A stretch of DNA of 19,102 nucleotides, taken from a virus. Its lineage: Duplodnaviria; Heunggongvirae; Uroviricota; Caudoviricetes; Crassvirales. Within the stretch, counting starts at the first letter, position 1. Every line of letters begins with the position of its first letter. The stretch lies in IMG/VR virus record IMGVR_UViG_3300024350_000008. One strand, given 5' to 3'. Shown piece after piece: positions 18,101 to 19,102 of the stretch. The position numbers and the translations under genes are program-made. The notes beneath the pieces were generated by a model that worked only from the letters and a program-made list of their open reading frames with translations, did no database searches and was not told where the DNA came from.

Positions 18101-19102
18101 CTGGAAGAAGTTGATGAACAATCTCCAGTCAGCATCTTTAAAGTTTGTGAAATCCACTTCACCTGTGTCCAGATTACCACCAACGTATTGGAAGAATCTA
18201 ACAAAGTCAGCATCATATTTGGCTAGGTCAGAAAGCTTCTTACCCATCAATTTAGGATTGGTGGTGTTAGCCAGCTTACTGAATAGCGTGCTGAATACCC
18301 TTCCATATCCTGCCATCTTAAATCCTAGCACACTAGATGTGATTTCTCTTTCTGGGAGTTTTAAGGATGTAGAGTTTTGCTGGTTGGTGGGTTTTGTCTT
18401 AGGCATAACATATGCCAAGAACTTTATAGGGAATGGAGAACTCTTCTTCCAATTGACAGAGAATGGTTCTGGGGCATAGGCAAGTCCTGTAGTTCCCTCA
18501 GAGTTGATGTTTAATAGATCCTCTTCGTTATAGTTGATTCCTATTGTACGAAGACTGTCTATTGTTCTCTTCTTGAGCATGTTCCATGTAACATCAGACA
18601 TCTGCTGTCTTTTATTCTCCCTGATGTATTCTTGCTCAATAGTGTTGAACACTTCTCTACCAGTGATTGGGTTGAGTTTGAATATGGATTTCTTGCTTCC
18701 TCCAAATAGGATTCTGCCAGAACGAATTATCATGTCTTGTACAAAGTCATATGCCTGAGTTTCTGTAAGTCCAGGAATACGCATATATTCAGGAATGTCT
18801 CTTTGCACTCTCTCAGGAACCTTGAACTCTTTAAACTTGCCAGATTCAATTGCTTTGAACAACTGTTCCTTCATAGAAGGTTTCTGTACAAATTGCTTGA
18901 AGAATTCTATAATGCTTCTGAAGAATGCTAACACTCTTTCTCCCAGAGACTTGGCTTTTATCTTACCAGCTCTGAACTCAGCATAGTCATCCAATATTCT
19001 TTCTTTAGCCTGCTGGTCTGTAGCATCAGCATAGTAGATTTTCTTTCCTGAAGCTCTGTCTGTAAACTGACCAGACTTAGCTTTGAACTCCTCTAACAAT
19101 AA
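12110..19102 (-). CDS. crAss-like virion RNA polymerase (single-chain two-barrel RNAP), 5'-truncated at the window edge
   Basis: Catalytic AGLDFDFDKM (DxDxD at 15152-15166) is preceded by AFRVPCDAQN (15260-15289) at the spacing seen in crAss-like RNAPs (RIP.Q...GSDFDIDK). Upstream conserved-like blocks are ADADSW, KPVATG...DKFAQLP, SGRKLG and LGIQ...GSQ..K. The frame stays open at 19102-19100 (TTA), so the listed TTG start is an edge artefact. Confidence 0.88.
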   Translation of the reverse strand, partial: LLLEEFKAKSGQFTDRASGKKIYYADATDQQAKERILDDYAEFRAGKIKAKSLGERVLAFFRSIIEFFKQFVQKPSMKEQLFKAIESGKFKEFKVPERVQRDIPEYMRIPGLTETQAYDFVQDMIIRSGRILFGGSKKSIFKLNPITGREVFNTIEQEYIRENKRQQMSDVTWNMLKKRTIDSLRTIGINYNEEDLLNINSEGTTGLAYAPEPFSVNWKKSSPFPIKFLAYVMPKTKPTNQQNSTSLKLPEREITSSVLGFKMAGYGRVFSTLFSKLANTTNPKLMGKKLSDLAKYDADFVRFFQYVGGNLDTGEVDFTNFKDADWRLFINFFQTFSLQKPEALAQYITGSQVYTAPANQFTAAKEIEYGWYEGIKTLSKDPNSIVKWNKEKKTYEVNTNEKVYPTSMPKNPEDQIEFLSKIGITFTLGDYANLKDEGKDEFSEAVGNIYTYLKRTKEIGIVSGKELGINSYVSALANLLIESTNPLTDSTYPGVDGSRLQTYTQNNYFSVFENEFNEAETLEDLISMRPELQDIFSKNSISLMKNGLFYKADGTKMRLIKVSYIQGEKNNNTNTGKTTNSLPLGQRMTQEINQNLKGNYYIMLPADSSTEWMMNMGNYITFDDIKNGRSWNRLYKVFKGYLIDDINVALDWENRSKIRNIGNKAKELRFFKDILSTYNSAGELVPSAVLNEINKRIEAGESIDQIKEYIDREDVTEKINEMVKISVEENVTRTREALMSESQIVLLSKREQDDPNMYAYPKLDDSFTNSKNVSLNKFKLSEESVNNILTFARMNYMIANIEFHKILFGDPYQFKIKDNILDETKRVKSFGSPRRVTFDTPEYNSSLNDEYNKVGDVSLDPEELGYHLHKDYANTITVKDIEFSTPLYKEVNEADADSWLMDTAYRELKLKNAQWPEEAEEWHQWQMAYTRQNMPGYEYKNEQLRKLDQERLKKPEPLFVLEKLKPVATGTKAASTNINLVVDKFAQLPIYYKAVQGRNLEKLYTKMWKEKVDYAVMVSGRKLGAEKLQNLYANNQFNDAPFDNFVKVPWKALGIQVENSYENPKDQTWGSQPSKISSMDFFNNGKEAIAGAEKAYKDYIDATKRYHDNKYQQLLNKLGLKDLGDGFKLVDPVAVAETLEGEFFRRQLSENVKYAIQLDENKQFPIPFEASTHYTQIKDILYSMVNKSLVSPKLNGGPKAMSSVTLWEKGKRDPNAPNPELKFYTKDDPYIEILLPYKYKSKFNKRRFPTDESILEYLNSTPEGKQIIQGVAFRVPCDAQNKIDTYRIKGFLPEFMGDVVIVPSELTTKAGLDFDFDKMSTYLKSIYVDKNGNVRLVKYLGSEEATKDFFGKVFDDRLEKKKVNKAEILDALQILDLGLEDPNNLVERYSDLLDLLLEDATAEDRADVLIKELESLGDANLQATMRDRYVNDMYNRALENEYFQTLENMLTLPGNYDRRLVPTNDAGLKEVANEINRLRGIDTDKVKNRLLDGTYMTTLRNDFITGKAWIGIVATNITSHSLFQKTQTHLDPLKLSQLSDFERSIIGNGSIVLPHNTVNINGIERLSLSGSKTADGNNQYISDRLAGYGTAVLDVSKDRFIMDIIYSDLLISPTMFLERIGSGAYVSKFINQPIIRKYISYLEGKGDKRLFSSANVKAVKAFFPTTSSLTYTVGIDIKNFDNNIEQYAKESLTSEQNAEQHNILDEFLKYAKMAQYSYKLTQAINYDTSKSRNSDSFSRKQTKTGIAQQKNIFCCAEKILNASFIGNQRDLIDLMMSSMGEIIKTEQDKFRVITDSVLTPYEEVDFMADENFEKVASKLKASFIDYIIQTKTNLNEELASLTLGDNSVAKQLEQAKKKYPTLRILNELQVVTGDREGGAQSIKTRVKITDPVDENIYTEMMRELNDVDPDLFNNIVKVALIQGVYDSSISIKNIIPPEKYSEKVKPIIDSLAPTLDVQLFSKGAFQKNNWNDDNVMPVAKIKLFEDESVAPFEDQYGNQYYRYKSPSFGAIKELGIKDDLDRRIMLIDPKFNSSDAQYEFLKVRRITLIENLGELVDMETGLTITNAAVYNRRKSGDLSVDNVYGYQKVRDALGNPVTTYKGEYVYKLVNLLGDGNRASEYYADNRRSIYNNGTVQIDNEIPDEDIINYFSGVVKAEKQVVPSQLVDEEVSDTDINELITINLAEENSTVGEAYEIGLIDNEFKLNYVFEDFKTYKENIDKGERLIAEGKNKEALEFLNKVPTPREFDEDGNVVDASIDNETLLAKMIWLHYENIYDKSPAKAIRGAINDIVNDLTSASKRVSDYRKGNEEISAKEFPNKDLDIKDEKCK

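Noticed and set aside
7119-18986. Many short plus-strand ORFs and the nested minus-strand ORF 15835-16047
   Set aside because: They are antisense to or nested in the two giant genes, with no motifs or initiation context.
19097-19099. TTG at 19099 as the RNAP start
   Set aside because: The frame is still open at the window edge and the sequence begins mid-domain, so the true start lies outside the window.
12110-19102. Intein or self-splicing intron in the RNAP
   Set aside because: The frame is continuous, and I saw no intein splice-junction or homing-endonuclease motifs.

Overview
Segment of a tailed dsDNA phage genome. All real genes lie on the minus strand and look like the ejection-protein/tail module of a crAss-like (Crassvirales-related) phage with a probable Bacteroidota host. 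In transcription order (right to left): (1) a >2329-aa virion RNA polymerase, truncated at the window edge, with the two-barrel RNAP motifs RVP and DFDFD; (2) a translationally coupled 1670-aa probable ejection protein with a degenerate zincin motif, a PD-(D/E)xK nuclease domain and C-terminal hydrophobic helices; (3) a 131-aa tail-type protein; (4) a 905-aa fibre made mostly of Pro-free Gly-Thr-Ser collagen-like triplets, whose C-terminus is frameshifted by a 20-bp tandem duplication; (5) a 990-aa Cys-rich repeat tail fibre with an S74 chaperone; (6) a 73-aa coiled-coil protein; (7) a GT9-like glycosyltransferase that is missing from the ORF track because it runs off the left edge. Two Bacteroidota-type promoters (TTG-N19-TAnnTTTG) are visible. 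The best candidates for new biology are a virion-fibre glycosylation module (Ser/Thr scaffold plus glycosyltransferase, with a hairpin-gated promoter) and a nuclease co-injected with the virion RNAP. All calls come from reading motifs by eye; no database searches were run.
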